This document shows, piece by piece, positions 42,411 through 53,713 of a DNA stretch of 64,000 nucleotides. The DNA comes from an uncultured Holophagales bacterium (GTDB lineage: Bacteria > Acidobacteriota > Thermoanaerobaculia > Multivoradales > UBA5704). The notes under the pieces are model-generated. The model did no database searches, was not told the DNA's origin, and saw only the letters and a program-made list of their open reading frames with translations. The stretch covers positions 96,001 to 160,000 of the forward strand of contig CAWJGT010000032.1 in the NCBI GenBank assembly GCA_963842525.1, written 5' to 3'. The translations under genes were made by a program, and so were the position numbers. Each line of letters begins with the position of its first letter. The stretch's first letter is position 1.

Positions 42411-42972
42411 TCACGTGCGGCGTCTCCAGAGCCAGTCCTTCGGCTCCCAAGTCCCGCAGTTGGCCGAATCGAGCACGGGGTCGAGAAACGCAGAGACGGC
42501 TCCCGTGACCTCCGCGAGCGTTCTCCAGATCAGCCAAGCGAAGTTTTGCTCCTTCGATCGGGCCAGTCGTGGCGAGGTTCGGCCGATCCCTCGGCAAGGT
42601 GAGGGCATGCAGCTTCTCGGCGATATGGGAGACGACCGGGTACAGGCGCAGCATCGGAGGCGCAATGCCCGCGAAGTTAAGGAGGTCGTCGGCCACCGCC
42701 AGATCGGGCTCGCCGACGAGCGGATCCCCAAAGGCCACGTCGACTCCAAAGGGGCGGCTGTAGATCGCTCCGGCGAGCCGGCATTCATTTCGAGGACCAG
42801 CCCGCCCTTGAGCGTCACCGTCGCCAACGACCGAGACGACGCGAGCGAGAAAGCGGTCGAAAGCGAGCACTTGGCGACGGCGTGCGAAGTCGGCGCCAGT
42901 GGTCGACGAGGACTTGATCCGCTGCTCGAGCGCCTGCTTGAAGGCGAGAGGCGTCGCGTAGCGCCGGATCAT
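42411..42972 (-). pseudogene. AbiEii-family nucleotidyltransferase toxin, frameshifted and internally deleted
   Basis: YATPLAFKQALEQRI..FDRFLAR, then LKGGLVLE in another frame, PFGVDVAFGD and YPVVSHIAEKLHA. Large expected segments are missing. Confidence 0.7.
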
Positions 42973-43562
42973 CGGGCGCTCTCAGACGGGCGGTCAAGGG
43001 CGGCGTTGAGCTCGGCGTTGTCCTTCTCTGAGATGAGCCCGCGTCGCCGCGCCTGGAGCACAGCCTGGCGCACGAGCTCGGGGGAGACGTTCGCCTCGAC
43101 GCAGTCTCGCAGGGTTCTTTGCGGCGACGTGATGGGCACGGCCGAGAACCCCGTTCGGTCGACTTCACCGATGCCGGCGTAGTGCAGAACGAGGCCAGCG
43201 GGCACCTGGAGCCGCCGGCGCCGCCAGCTTACCGGGATCGTCATGTGGACCTTGGAGGGCAGTGCGTCGGAGAGGTCGTGCAGTGCGAGCGCGGTCTCGT
43301 GAGAGAAGACGCCGGCCTGATCGGACCAGAGCCAGAGCATGATGAGGTCCTCGTGATCGCTGGACGGGAAGTGAACGAGGCGATAGATGCCTCGCGGCAC
43401 GCGCGCCATCTTCCCGTTCGCGATGTATTTGTGGAGTAGCGGTCGCGAGTAACCTGCCGCGGCGGCCTGCGTGGTGGTGAAGTAGCCACCTTGGGCCTGC
43501 GCAGCGGTAAAGAGCGCGCCCCAATCCGGAGCTCTCACGTGGGGTGTGGCTGCCGTCTCCAT
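42969..43562 (-). CDS. AbiEi-family type IV TA antitoxin
   Basis: AQAQGGYFTTTQAAAAG..RVPRGIYRL..VFSHETALALHDL..VPITSPQRTLRD; overlaps the AbiEii start. Confidence 0.88.
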   Translation of the reverse strand: METAATPHVRAPDWGALFTAAQAQGGYFTTTQAAAAGYSRPLLHKYIANGKMARVPRGIYRLVHFPSSDHEDLIMLWLWSDQAGVFSHETALALHDLSDALPSKVHMTIPVSWRRRRLQVPAGLVLHYAGIGEVDRTGFSAVPITSPQRTLRDCVEANVSPELVRQAVLQARRRGLISEKDNAELNAALDRPSESAR

Positions 43563-43596
43563 GCACAAATGTTAACCCAGGGTTAACTTTCGTGCA
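43562..43596. promoter_or_regulatory. inverted repeat immediately upstream of abiEi (putative autoregulatory operator)
   Basis: TGCACAAAT-GTTAACCC-A-GGGTTAAC-TTTCGTGCA. Confidence 0.6.
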
Positions 43597-43607
43597 ATCC
43601 GGGGCCG

Positions 43608-44075
43608 TCACCTCCAGATGATCTTCTTCAAGTACTTCCGGAGCCGTTCCATGAGGAGATTCTGGTCCTCCTGTGAAGGCGTGGTGACGAAGATCGTGTC
43701 TTCTCCGGCGATGGTGCCGGCCACTTCGGGCCAGCCGGCGGCGTCGATGGCCCAGGCTACGGCGGAGGCGGCGCCTGGGCTTGTCAGCACGACGGCGATG
43801 TAGGGGCCGGACCGGTGCACCTGCTGCACAAAGCCGACCACGTCCTCGAAGGTCCCCTCGTCCACTTCCCGCCAGGCCCGGAAGATGTAGCGGCCCTTCA
43901 CACGCTTGATGCCGAGCTCCTGCAGGTCGCGGCTGAGGCTCGGCTGCGTCGACTCGATTCCTCTCTCCGCCAGGAGCGTTTGCAGCTCCGACTGGCTGCG
44001 GATGTCCCGCCTCTCTGTGACGAGCTCGACGATGGCGTCCTGGCGCCTCCTGCGGATCTCCCGGTCTCCTGGCAT
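43608..44075 (-). CDS. argR: arginine repressor ArgR-family protein
   Basis: RRQDAIVELV..SQSELQTLLAERGIESTQPSLSRDLQELG..PGAASAVAWAID..GTIAGEDTIFV, with RBS AAGGAGG. Confidence 0.85.
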   Translation of the reverse strand: MPGDREIRRRRQDAIVELVTERRDIRSQSELQTLLAERGIESTQPSLSRDLQELGIKRVKGRYIFRAWREVDEGTFEDVVGFVQQVHRSGPYIAVVLTSPGAASAVAWAIDAAGWPEVAGTIAGEDTIFVTTPSQEDQNLLMERLRKYLKKIIWR

Positions 44076-44338
44076 GCCTCCATCCTCCTTTGATTCCAAT
44101 ACTATATGCATGCGCCGCAAAAAAGTCCAGAAAGCCCCTTGACAGCCTCCAAAGTATGGCGCATCATCTCGCCATAGTAGTTGGATAGTTGCACCGGATC
44201 ATTCGTCAAGCAGCTCCCCTTGGCCGTGGCGCTTGCAGTGGCTCTGATGCTGGCCGCAGGGTTCCGGAGATCAGATTTCCGGCGTCGAGACGGCGCCGGA
44301 TGTTCGAGCCCTGCGGGGCTCAGAAAGGAGTCGAAGTC

Positions 44339-44743
44339 ATGGCCAGGCAGGAAAGGACGTATTCGGGGATTCTGGGCTTCTTGCAGCGTCTGCTGATGGC
44401 GCTGGAGGCCAACAGGGCCGAGCTTCCTCAACTGGAGCCGTTCCTGACCAAGCTCGCGGCGCTGCTGTCGCAGGCTTTGGAGATCAACCAGCAGCAGGCT
44501 GCCCTCAGGGCCAGCAAGCAGGAGGCCTCGAGGCAGCTCCGCCGGCTCATCAGCGACGGGTTGCGGCTGAGCAACGTGGTGCTCACGGCGGTCCGGGAGC
44601 ATTACGGCAGCCGCACGGAGAAGATCGCCGAGTTCGGCCTGCAGCCGTTCCGCGGCCGCAAGGTGAAGCCGGTGCTGGAAGAGCCGGAATCTTCCATCCC
44701 GCCGCCTGGCGAAGAGGTGGTGGCCGCCCACGCCGGTCCGTAA
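44339..44743 (+). CDS. helical hypothetical protein
   Basis: RBS AAGGAG; amphipathic helices ending HYGSRTEKIAEFGLQPFRGRK. Confidence 0.7.
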   Translation: MARQERTYSGILGFLQRLLMALEANRAELPQLEPFLTKLAALLSQALEINQQQAALRASKQEASRQLRRLISDGLRLSNVVLTAVREHYGSRTEKIAEFGLQPFRGRKVKPVLEEPESSIPPPGEEVVAAHAGP

Positions 44744-44770
44744 TCACCGGTCCGTAATCACACCCACACC

Positions 44771-44797
44771 GGGAGCGCGGTCTCCGCGCTCCCTTTT

Positions 44798-44798
<1 letters not shown>
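44771..44798 (+). terminator. rho-independent terminator
   Basis: GGGAGCGCGG-tct-CCGCGCTCCC-TTTTT. Confidence 0.75.
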
Positions 44799-45925
<1,127 letters not shown>

Positions 45926-46342
45926 GGCTCGGGGTCTCTCCGTGGCAAAGAGGTGGTGGGCGAGCGGCGGGGCAGGACCCGCCGGGGCGCCGGGATTCTA
46001 GCACCGCGGACGAGAAGGGAACGGTCGATCGCGTAGCAGCAGATTCCATTGCGTGCGTAGTTGTTTCATTTCTTTGCTTTTGTCCCCGCCGCGTTCATCT
46101 CCGAAAGCTCCGAAAGCTCCGAAAGCGCCGAGAGGCCGCCCCCGGTGTCCGGGCTCGGCCCCGACCTCTGCTCGGCCGCGCGCTGCAGCCCCTGCCGGAG
46201 GGTGTTCCGGGCGAGCTGTGCGTGGCGGGGGCCTCCCCCAGGGGACGCCCGCCAGGACGCCCGCCATTTCGGCGGACCCGCAGGAAATGGCCTCCCCATG
46301 GGTTCAAGGATCAGTTCGTGATCTCTGAAAGGAGCTGATCCC

Positions 46343-47842
46343 ATGAGCCTGCCTTCTGCCCCGGCCTTGCTGTACCGCACCCACGGAATCGTCGCGCTGT
46401 TGATCTCCGCGGTCCTCGGGTGCGGCGCCGTATCGGCGCAACCGTTGACGCCGGCGCTCTGCCCGGCCGGAAGCCCGTTCAACATGAATACGACCTTCTC
46501 CACCTTTTTCCCCGGGATGCCGGGCATCCCGCTGCTGCGCCGCACGATCGACACCGTGCTCTTTCCGGACGCCCAGTGCAACAACGGAACGCCCGCCGTC
46601 ATGTACATCCGCCCTGCAAACGCCGCCTATGCCGGTAACCCGATCGTGAACCCGAGCAGCAAGTGGGTGATCTTCCTCGACGGCGGCGGGGGCTGCGAGG
46701 ATGCGGACTCCTGCCTGCTCGAGCGCTGGTGCAGCGGTGGCGGACAGGTGTTCGACCGCGCCGGCAAGATGAGCTCTTCCGGTGCCGCGCAAGCGATCAA
46801 CTCACCGGGCGGGATCTTCAATCTCGTTCCGCCGACCCCGCTGATCAACCATTTCGCCGACTACAACCATGTGCTGGTCCACTACTGCAGCTCGGACAAC
46901 TGGATCGGCTCCGGCGTCAAGGCCGGCATCGTGACCACGACCGGCGTCGCCTACGACATCGAGTTCAACGGCGAAGCGATCGTGAATGCGGTCTTCGGCA
47001 CGCTGCAAGCCGGCGCCACGGCGGCCGATGCCCTGCCCGCGGCCAACTTCTACGCCACCGCGCTCCCCGACCTGCGCGACGCATCCGAGATCATCCTGGC
47101 GGGGGAATCGGCCGGCGGTGGCGGCCTGCGGCACCACCTCGACCGGCTGCGCGAGGCCGTGATCCTGCCGGTGGCCAACAATCCCAACGTGGTGGTGAGC
47201 GGCCTGATCGACGCCGGCGCGCCACCGTTCATGGGCGGCGCCACTCTCACCTATGGCGCGCCGGGAGCTCCGGTCAACTACAGCGACTTCCTGCTCAGCT
47301 TCAGAGAGCCCATCGTGCGCGGCTTCTGGGAGGCCGACGACAGCGCTCTCGATCAGTCCTGCCTCAGTCCGGCCTGGGCGCCCTGGCACATCCTGGCCGG
47401 CGGTCATCCGCAGGTCTGCTACGACACCACCTACACGCTACTCAACCACATCACCACGCCCTTCTTCCTGCGGCAGGACATCAACGACCCGCTGGGCGCG
47501 ACACGCTACGTGACCTGGGCGCTGTTCCCCACCCCGGACCCCTTCTGGTCGGCGACGTTCAACCAGCAGACGCTCTTCGGCAGCTACACCCCGGCCCTGG
47601 GTGGGCTCGAGCCGCCTCTCGCCTCACCGGGAGTCCAGGGGCCCAACTGCGGCCTGCACGTGGCGGTGCAGACCCACAAAGGCTTCTACCGGCACACTGT
47701 CGTGGCGCCGGGGCTTGTCGGCCTTTCGTTTCACGACCTGTTCGTAAACTGGTTGAACGGTCTCCCGCCGGGGACGGACACGATCCAGATCCAGACCGAC
47801 AACCTGGGCGCCGGCCTCTACACAGCCTCGTTCTGCCCGTAG
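46343..47842 (+). CDS. secreted pectinacetylesterase/Notum-family hydrolase
   Basis: Signal peptide; CNNGTPAVMYIRP, WVIFLDGGGGC, HYCSSDNWIG and LAGESAGG. Confidence 0.82.
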   Translation: MSLPSAPALLYRTHGIVALLISAVLGCGAVSAQPLTPALCPAGSPFNMNTTFSTFFPGMPGIPLLRRTIDTVLFPDAQCNNGTPAVMYIRPANAAYAGNPIVNPSSKWVIFLDGGGGCEDADSCLLERWCSGGGQVFDRAGKMSSSGAAQAINSPGGIFNLVPPTPLINHFADYNHVLVHYCSSDNWIGSGVKAGIVTTTGVAYDIEFNGEAIVNAVFGTLQAGATAADALPAANFYATALPDLRDASEIILAGESAGGGGLRHHLDRLREAVILPVANNPNVVVSGLIDAGAPPFMGGATLTYGAPGAPVNYSDFLLSFREPIVRGFWEADDSALDQSCLSPAWAPWHILAGGHPQVCYDTTYTLLNHITTPFFLRQDINDPLGATRYVTWALFPTPDPFWSATFNQQTLFGSYTPALGGLEPPLASPGVQGPNCGLHVAVQTHKGFYRHTVVAPGLVGLSFHDLFVNWLNGLPPGTDTIQIQTDNLGAGLYTASFCP

Positions 47843-47964
47843 TGGGGGCGTACAGCCCGGCGAAGCCAGCGGGCGGGTCATCCTGAGTACGCCCGGGCTC
47901 CCGTGATAGCCTAGCCAGTCCCGCCGCACCGGTACGGAGGGGCGAGGGGAAACGGGAGCCCACC

Positions 47965-48999
<1,035 letters not shown>

Positions 49000-49034
49000 A
49001 GAGACGGCTGCTTACCCGCGGAAAGGAATCGAAC

Positions 49035-50168
49035 ATGGGGAGTGAGGTTCGCGAGGGGCTGGAAGGGGTCGTGGCGGCCACGACCCGGTTGAGCAGCGTG
49101 GACGGCGAAGCGGGTGTGCTGCTCCTCGCCGGTTTTCCGGTGGAAGAGGTGGCGCCCCAGGCGACGTTCGAGGAGCTCACCTGGCTGCTGTGGCACGGCG
49201 CGCTGCCCAAGGCCGCCGACCGCGAGGCCTTCACCCGGCGCCTCGCCGCGCGCCGGACGCTCCCGGCAGCCACGCTCGACCTGCTGCGGGGCCGCGGCGC
49301 TCCGGCGCTCCGGCGTGATGGACGCCCTGCGTATGGCCGCCGGCACTCTGAGCCTCGCCGAGGGAGCGGGGGAGCCGCAGGAGGATGCGGCGCTCCTGGT
49401 CGCAGCGTTCCCCACGATCGTCGCTTCCTACTGGCGCCTCCTCCAGGGCCAGGAGCCCCTTGCGCCGCGCGAGGGCCTCGGCCACACGGCGAGCTATCCT
49501 CCACCTCCTCACCGGACAGGAGCCCGACCCCGAGCGCGTCCGGGGCCTCGAAACCTATCTGAACACGGTGAGCGATCACGGCTTCAACGCCTCCACCTTC
49601 ACGGCGCGCGTGATCGTCTCGACCCGTTCGGACCTGATTTCGGCGATCACCGGTGCGGTCGGCGCGCTGAAAGGTCCGCTGCACGGCGGCGCCCCTGGAC
49701 CGGCGCTCGACATGGTCTTCGAGATCGGCTCGGCGGACCGCGCCGAGGAGGTGCTCCGCGACAAGCTCGGCCGGGGCGAGCGGCTGATGGGCTTCGGCCA
49801 CCGCGTCTATCGCGTACGCGATCCGCGCGCCGACGTCCTGGGCGCGGCGGCGGAACGTTTCTATCGCCGAGCCGGCGACATGGCGCTCTACGACCTCGCC
49901 CGCTCGGTCGAGGCCACGGCACTGCGCCTCCTGCGCGAGCACAAGCCGGACCGGAAGCTGGAGACCAACGTCGAGTTCTACACCGCCTTGCTGCTCCACG
50001 GCCTGGAGCTGCCCACCGAGCTGTTCACGCCCGGCCTTCGCGGTCGGCCGCGTCGCCGGCTGGACCGCGCACGCCTTCGAGCAACTCGAACGGGGCCGGC
50101 TGATCCGGCCCCAGTCCGAGTACGTGGGCGAGCGGGACCGCCGCTGGGTGGCTCTCGAGGATCGGTAG
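49035..50168 (+). CDS. citrate/2-methylcitrate synthase (three frameshifts)
   Basis: GLEGVVAATTRLSSVDGEAG, DHGFNASTFTAR, LKGPLHGGA, MGFGHRVYRVRDPRA, NVEFY and FAVGRVAGWTAH..LIRPQSEY. Confidence 0.9.
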
Positions 50169-50222
50169 CACCCTGGGAGCGCGGGCGTCTCGCCCGCACC
50201 AGGGCCTCGCGAGTCGCAGGGC

Positions 50223-50657
50223 TCACTGCTCGGTTGTGGATTTCCAGGGATTCAACAGGGGGAGGCCAAGCTTCAAGAAGTCCTGAACATTGCGGGTCAC
50301 CAGAGTCAATCGATGGACTTCCGCGGTGGCGGCGAAGAAAGCATCCAAGATACCGAGATTGAGCCCGGCTTTTTTGCCACGTGCCATGAAGATCCCCCAG
50401 GCTTCGGCAATCCGGCCGTCGATGTCGAGGATACGCCCTTCGAAGCGGGCCGGCAGATCTCCAGTCAACCAGGAGGCCAAGCGGTCGCGGCGCTTCCCTT
50501 GAGGCATCAACTCGACTCCCCGGCGGATTTCGGCGAGGGAGGCGACGCTCAGGAATACCCGGTCCTCATCCACCGCCTTCAGCCACGCAACCACTTGCGG
50601 ATCAGGCTGCGGTTTGACCCACTCGGAGACGACGTTCGTGTCGAGCAGGAAGCTCAC
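50223..50657 (-). CDS. vapC: VapC PIN toxin
   Basis: MSFLLDTNVVSE..AEIRRG..DAFFAATA..LTLVTRNVQDF. Confidence 0.92.
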   Translation of the reverse strand: MSFLLDTNVVSEWVKPQPDPQVVAWLKAVDEDRVFLSVASLAEIRRGVELMPQGKRRDRLASWLTGDLPARFEGRILDIDGRIAEAWGIFMARGKKAGLNLGILDAFFAATAEVHRLTLVTRNVQDFLKLGLPLLNPWKSTTEQ

Positions 50658-50929
50658 AGATCGAGCTCGCGAGGACTGTCTTGGGGGCGCTCAACCTCCA
50701 GGCCCGAATCCCGCAAAGGCGAGGCCGCGAAGAAATCGGCCAGGGTTCCCTGGCGGCGCGCTTTGCGCTCCCACTCTTCGGCCGCCACGACGACGACTGC
50801 CTTCCGGCCATGCCGGGTGATGATCTGAGGCCCTTCCTCTAAGGCGCTTTCGACGACTTCGCTCAGATGCGCTTTCGCGGCGGCAAGGGTCCAGGTTCTG
50901 TCATTCTGAGAGATGGTCATAGTGGTCAT
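50654..50929 (-). CDS. Phd/YefM-family antitoxin
   Basis: WTLAAAKAHLSEVVESALEEGPQIITRHGRKAVVVV; overlaps the vapC start. Confidence 0.9.
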   Translation of the reverse strand: MTTMTISQNDRTWTLAAAKAHLSEVVESALEEGPQIITRHGRKAVVVVAAEEWERKARRQGTLADFFAASPLRDSGLEVERPQDSPRELDL

Positions 50930-51069
50930 TTTAAGGGCAGAGCCCCGTCTACGCAAGTTCCTCCGCATCCTGGACCTCGCATCCCAGGCCCATCTCCGAG
51001 GGTCCGCGGCCGTTTGCGGATTGTCAATCCGATCTGGATTGCCGAACAATACAGATCCGACCGGAGGAC

Positions 51070-52188
51070 ATGATGACCGAGACGCCACAGCACCCGACGC
51101 TCCTGAGCCCGGTGCGGCTCGGCCCCTATACGCTGCACAACCGGCTGGCGATGGCTCCGATGACGCGCAAGCGCACGCCGGGGGAGGGGAACGTCCCGAA
51201 CGGAATGATGGCCACCTACTACCGCCAGCGCGCCTCGGCCGGCCTGATCATCACCGAAGGCTCGCAGGTCTCTCTCCAGGGTGTTGGCTATCCCGATACG
51301 CCGGGCATCCACACGGACGCGCAGGTCGAGGGCTGGCGGCGGATCACCGCGGCCGTCCACGAGCGCGGCGGCCGGATTTTCCTCCAGCTCTGGCACGTGG
51401 GACGGGTCTCCCACCCCTCGATCCAGCCGGGTGGGGCCCTCCCGGTGGCACCTTCACCCATCGTCCCGGAAGGCGCCTGGCACGGCGCCACCGGACCGCA
51501 GCCCTGGGCGGTTCCGCATGCTCTGGAGCCTGACGAGATCCCCGGCGTCGTGCGGCAGTTCGCCGAGGCCGCCCGCTGTGCCCTGGACGCCGGCTTCGAC
51601 GGCGTCGAGGTCCACGGCGCCAACGGCTACCTGCTCGATCAGTTCCTACGCGACGGGACCAATCATCGGACCGATGTCTACGGCGGACCGATCGAAAACC
51701 GCGCCCGTTTCCTCCTCGACGTCACCGAGGCCGTGGCCGCGGTCTGGGGTATGGACCGGGTCGGCGTCCGCCTCTCGCCGCTCAGCCCCTTCAACAGCAT
51801 GAGCGACTCCGATCCTGAGGCGACCTTTGGACATGCCGCCGAGGCCCTGGGGCGGCTGCGGATCGGATACCTGCACGGCGCCGCATTGGTGGGGAGCCAC
51901 GATCCATCGACCCGCGAGCATCGAATGGCGGCCCTGCTGAAGGAGAGGTTCGGGGGCACGTTCCTCCTCAATGGCGGCTTCGACCAGGCGAGCGGCGACG
52001 CGGTCGTCGCCTCCGGCCTCGCCGACATGGTCGCTTTCGGCGCCCTGTTCCTGGCCAATCCCGACCTGCCGGAACGCTTCGCCGAGGGAGCGCTCCTCAA
52101 CGTGCCGGACCGCGGCACCTTCTACGGCGGCGGCGAGCGGGGCTACATCGACTATCCGACCCGCGACGCCGTACCTGCGGCCGTCTGA
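51070..52188 (+). CDS. old yellow enzyme alkene reductase (NemA-like)
   Basis: NRLAMAPMTR, YYRQRASAGLIITEG, QLWHVGRVSH, EVHGANGYLLDQF and FYGGGERGYIDYP. Confidence 0.93.
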   Translation: MMTETPQHPTLLSPVRLGPYTLHNRLAMAPMTRKRTPGEGNVPNGMMATYYRQRASAGLIITEGSQVSLQGVGYPDTPGIHTDAQVEGWRRITAAVHERGGRIFLQLWHVGRVSHPSIQPGGALPVAPSPIVPEGAWHGATGPQPWAVPHALEPDEIPGVVRQFAEAARCALDAGFDGVEVHGANGYLLDQFLRDGTNHRTDVYGGPIENRARFLLDVTEAVAAVWGMDRVGVRLSPLSPFNSMSDSDPEATFGHAAEALGRLRIGYLHGAALVGSHDPSTREHRMAALLKERFGGTFLLNGGFDQASGDAVVASGLADMVAFGALFLANPDLPERFAEGALLNVPDRGTFYGGGERGYIDYPTRDAVPAAV

Positions 52189-52265
52189 CCTCGACAGATT
52201 CTTTTTTTCGCCAGCGCTCGGCGTCTCGGCGCTATAATCAGGACCATCTGCGAAAGCGCCGGTGG

Positions 52266-52919
52266 ATGGAGACCGAGGCGATGCAAGAAGAGGTCCGCCG
52301 AGCCCTGGCCGGGGACGAGCCCGCGCTGAACCGGCTCGTCCAGATCCTGACGCCGGTCATCCAGAGCCGGGTGGCCCGCGGCCTCCTCCTGCGGCGCGTC
52401 GGGGCGGCCAGCGGGCGCAACGTCCGGCAGGAGGTCGAAGACCTCACCCAGGACATCTTCCTGGTCCTGTTCGCCGACGGGGGTAAGGTGCTCCGGAGCT
52501 GGCAGCCGGACCGCGGGCTGACCCTGCCCAATTTCGTCGGTCTCGTTGCCGAACGGCAGACAGCCTCGATCCTGCGCAGCGGCCGGCGGAGCCCCTGGAA
52601 GGAAGACCCCACCCTTGCCGAGGATCTCGAGCAGGTGGCCACGGAGAGCGGCCCTGAGGAGGTGACCGCGTCCCGCGAGCAGCTTCGGCTCCTCCTGCGC
52701 AGGCTTGGCGAGGAGCTGAGCCCCCTGGGAAGACATCTCTTCGATCTCCTCTTCCTGCGCGAGATGCCGTTCGACGAGGTGGTCCGGCAGACGAGCATGA
52801 GCCCTGACGCCGTCTATGCCTGGCGCAGCCGCCTGCGTCGCCTGGCCCGCCGGCTGCTCGACGAGATGTCAAAAGAAGGCCTCGACTCGCGAAGACATCT
52901 GAGGGATGGACGAGTATGA
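52266..52919 (+). CDS. ECF-type sigma-70 factor
   Basis: VRRALAGDEPALNRLV..VEDLTQDIFLVLF..LRSW; region 4 LSPLGRHLFDLLFL..AVYAWRSRLRR. Confidence 0.85.
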   Translation: METEAMQEEVRRALAGDEPALNRLVQILTPVIQSRVARGLLLRRVGAASGRNVRQEVEDLTQDIFLVLFADGGKVLRSWQPDRGLTLPNFVGLVAERQTASILRSGRRSPWKEDPTLAEDLEQVATESGPEEVTASREQLRLLLRRLGEELSPLGRHLFDLLFLREMPFDEVVRQTSMSPDAVYAWRSRLRRLARRLLDEMSKEGLDSRRHLRDGRV

Positions 52920-53713
52920 ACGATGACCGATGGCTTCGAGAGCTGGCCCAAGTGAATCGCGAGACGGAAGCCGAGGAACGGTCCCATCTCGATGAGCGCT
53001 GGGACCGGTTGAGCGCCGGAGAGCTCACCCCGGAGGAGGAAGCGGAGCTGCGAGCCCTGGCCGAAACCTCCGAGGAGGCCCGCGAAGCCTACGAGGCGTT
53101 CCGGCCGCTCGGACTGGACTTCCAGGCCAGCGTGGTGGGCGCTATCCAAAAAGCCCAGAAGCCGCCGCCCAGGGTCTTGCCCTTTCCGCAGCCTGCCGCC
53201 TGGCTATGGAAAGCCGCAGCCGCGACGGCTGCTGCGGCCGCCGCCCTGTTCCTATTCGTGCGTACCCCGGCGCCGCTGCCCGCGCTGCCCGCCTACACCG
53301 CCCATCTGAGCGTCGGAGCCCAGAGCTCCCGCGGCACCGCAGAACCGTCCTCCGGGCTGCCGGTCTTTATCCCCGGCACGCGGTTGACCCTGGACCTGAG
53401 GCCGGAGCAAGCCGTTGCCGAATCCGTCGAGGCGCAAGCCTTCCTTGCTCGTGGCGCAGACATCTTTCTCTGGAAGCCCGAGCCACCCCTCGACCTCCCC
53501 CCCGGGGGTGCCGTGCGTCTGCAAGGCAGGCTGGGAGAGGAGATCCGACTGCAACCTGGGGAGTGGAGGATCTGGATCGTCGTCGGCCGCCCGGGAAAGA
53601 TTCCACCCGCGGACAAGATCGTGGCCGAGTTGCGTGCAGGACGGACCCGGCATGCCGATTGGCATGCAGTGGTATCGGAGAACCTGCGGGTCGCAGACCG
53701 CGCATCGCCATGA
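52916..53713 (+). CDS. putative membrane-anchored anti-sigma factor
   Basis: ATGA overlap with the sigma gene; cytoplasmic GELTPEEEAEL helix, a TM segment (AAAATAAAAALFLFV) and a beta-rich C-terminal domain. Confidence 0.7.
   Translation: MNDDRWLRELAQVNRETEAEERSHLDERWDRLSAGELTPEEEAELRALAETSEEAREAYEAFRPLGLDFQASVVGAIQKAQKPPPRVLPFPQPAAWLWKAAAATAAAAAALFLFVRTPAPLPALPAYTAHLSVGAQSSRGTAEPSSGLPVFIPGTRLTLDLRPEQAVAESVEAQAFLARGADIFLWKPEPPLDLPPGGAVRLQGRLGEEIRLQPGEWRIWIVVGRPGKIPPADKIVAELRAGRTRHADWHAVVSENLRVADRASP

Noticed and set aside
44095-44200. ARG boxes upstream of argR
   Set aside because: The region is AT-richer, but I could not see a convincing tandem TGAATAA-type palindrome.
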